Assembly: GCA_030265395.1 (NCBI GenBank)
Contig: JARFYF010000052.1
Span: 58,397,019 to 58,461,018 of the forward strand
Source: Rhina ancylostomus
Lineage: Eukaryota
Direction of reading: 5' to 3'
Length of the DNA stretch: 64,000 bases
The position numbers were made by a program, and so were the translations under genes. The notes under the pieces were generated by a model that searched no databases, was not told where the DNA came from, and was given only the letters and a program-made list of their open reading frames with translations. Of this stretch, positions 61,690-64,000 are shown one piece after another; the stretch's first letter is position 1, and each line of letters opens with the position of its first letter.

Positions 61690-64000
61690 TAATATCAGTC
61701 AAAGAGTTCATTATTGCAATGTGGATGAAGGATATCCAAAAAGAGTCTAGGTGATTGGAGCTAAGAAATAAAAATGGGCAGTCATTTTAGGGGTGTACTA
61801 CAGGATAGAGAAGCAGGTACATAGACAATTCACAGAGAAGTGTAAAAATATTAAGGCAATAGTGGTAGGGGATTTCAACTTCCCCATATTAACTGGGATT
61901 ACTGTAGTGTGAAAGGCTTGGACAGTCTATAATTTTTAAAGTGCAACCAGGAGAACTTTTTCATTCATTATGTAGATGCTGAACCTAATCTTTGAGAATA
62001 CATCTAGTCAAGTGGAGGGAGTGTCTGTAAGAGAGCATTTTGGAGATGGTTTTAGGTTTGTTGTGGAGAAGGACATGGATAGAACAGAAATTAAAGTCTA
62101 GAATTGGGGGTTGGTTGAGTTCAATATTTAAATTGGACCTGGCAAAATGGACTGAGGGGGACATCTTCTTGCAGCTAAGTCTACATGCCGCCATTGGGAA
62201 GCATTCTAAAATGACATGGGGTTTAAGGTCAACATGTTCCATAATGGTGAAGGGGAAGGCTGATAATCCAAGAAACCCTGGATACTAAGGGATGATAAAG
62301 GCTTGGATAAAGAACAAAAGTAATTTATGGCAAGTTTAGAGAGCTGAAAACAAGAGGGTCAACAGGAATTATAGAATTAATAATAATCAAAAAGATGGAG
62401 GTATTAGATGGAGTTGTGGCTAGCAAGGAAGGTTATCAAAGGATACAGCAGGATATAGATCAGTTGGAAATTTGGGTGGAGAAATTGTAATGGAACTTAA
62501 TCTGGACAAATACGAAGTGTATTTTGGGAGGTCAAATGCCAGAGGAAAGTATACAGTAAATGGCAGGACCCTTAGCATTGATGTACCGAGAGAAATTGGT
62601 GTGCAAGTTTGTAGCTCCCTAAAAGTAGCAACACAAGTGGATAGGGTGGTAAAGGAGGGATATAATGTGTTTGTCTTTATTGCTTGGGGCATTGGGTATA
62701 AAAGTTCTGAAGTCATGTTAGTGATGTATAAAATTTCGGTTAGGTCACATTTGGAATATTGTGTGCCATTCTGGTTGCCATAATATATGAAGAATGTGGA
62801 GACTTTGTAGAGGAGCAGAAGATGTTCCCCAGAATACTGCCTGGATTGGAGGGAAAAAAGCAAACTGCTGGAGAAACTCAATTGGTCAGGCAACACCTGT
62901 AGAGGGAAATGGACAGTTGACATTTCAGGTTGAGACCCTATCTGATTCCTGGATTGGANNNNNNNNNNNNNNNNNNNNNNNNNNNNNNNNNNNNNNNNNN
63001 NNNNNNNNNNNNNNNNNNNNNNNNNNNNNNNNNNNNNNNNNNNNNNNNNNNNNNNNNNGGTAAATGGACAGTTGACATTTCAGGTTGAGACCCTATCTGA
63101 TTCCTGGATTGGATTGCATTAGCTGTAAGGAGAGGTTGGACAAACTTGGATTTTTTTTTCCTGGAGCATTGGAGGCTAAGGGGTGACATGATAGAAATAT
63201 GTAAAATCATGAGAGGCATAGATAGGGTAGATAGTCTTTCAAGAATGGGAATGCCAAATACTAGAGAGCATGGGTTTAAGATGAGAAGAGGAAAGTTTAA
63301 AGGCAATTTGCAAGGCAAGTTTTTTTTAAAACACAGAGTTGTAGGTGCCTGGAATGTGTATTGCCAGGAAGATGGTGGATAGCAGTGTTAAAGATAGATG
63401 TATGAATACGCAGGGAACAGCGGGATAAAGATCATGTGCATTCAGATGGGATTAGTTTAGATTGGCATCGTGGTTGGTGCAGACATGGTGGGCTGAAGGG
63501 CCTGTTCCTGTGCTGTAGTTTTCTGTGTTTCTATGTCTTGGTGAGCTTAAAAGTAGATAAATCCCTGGTGCCTGATGAGAAATATCCCAGGCTTCAAGGG
63601 ATGGGATTGCTGGGGTTCTGACAGAAATTTTCAAATCTTCTCTGGCTAGAAGGGGTACCAGGTGATTGGAGGAGAGTAAATGTAGTACATTTTATTCAAG
63701 AAGAGCAGTGGGAATAATCTAGCTAATTACAGCCCACTGAATCGAATTTCAGTGGTGGGGAAATCGCTGGGAAAAAAAATTCTGAAAAATAGTATTTATC
63801 TCCCGTGGAGAGGCAAGTGCTAAACAAGAATAGTCAGCATAGCTTTATTAATCGGAGATCCTCTGTAACTAATTAGAACTTTCTAAAGGAAGTAGTGTAG
63901 ATGATGTAGTTATTGTGGACTTCAGTAAGGACTTTGACAAGGTCCCACATGGGAGACTGGATCTGAAATTGGCTTGGTGATCGAGTGGTGATGTAGGGTT
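61690..64000 (+). mobile_element. Nested CR1-type LINE fragments (endonuclease and RT regions)
   Basis: gtaggggatttcaacttcccccatattaactggg (APE GDFN motif), MELNLDKYEVYFGRSN...VRSHLEYCVPFW, a 3' tail near 63535, then RT-proximal sequence (gacttcagtaaggactttgacaaggtcccacatggg) running to the window end. Confidence 0.85.

Noticed and set aside
1-64000. CRISPR arrays, tRNA/rRNA genes or prokaryotic systems
   Set aside because: None seen; the DNA is intron-containing vertebrate sequence, and the tRNA-like boxes belong to SINE heads.

Overview
Vertebrate (eukaryotic) genomic DNA, AT-rich, with many N gaps. The repeat content (V-domain SINEs, CR1, Penelope-like, Rex1-type and RTE fragments) suggests a cartilaginous fish; this is inference. 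Two complete spliced genes can be rebuilt by hand on the + strand, neither of which appears intact in the ORF track. The first is neuromedin U (NMU): 9 coding exons, 4107-19618, a 175-aa precursor containing NURP and a C-terminal FLFRPRN-G amidation motif. The second is phosducin-like 2 (PDCL2): 6 coding exons, 26047-48695, 237 aa. A CpG island at about 57600-59500 carries RORE motifs and is probably the CLOCK promoter/first exon by NMU-PDCL2-CLOCK synteny, but no CLOCK coding exon is visible. I found no clearly new biological system. The best leads are the unusual NMU processing sites and peptide sequence, possible exon-skipping NMU-21/NMU-38 forms, a near-perfect intronic palindrome, a solo LTR with a matching empty site, decayed hammerhead-ribozyme motifs in Penelope-like termini, and SINEs with two different LINE-derived tails. 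All family assignments come from recalled sequences, not database searches.
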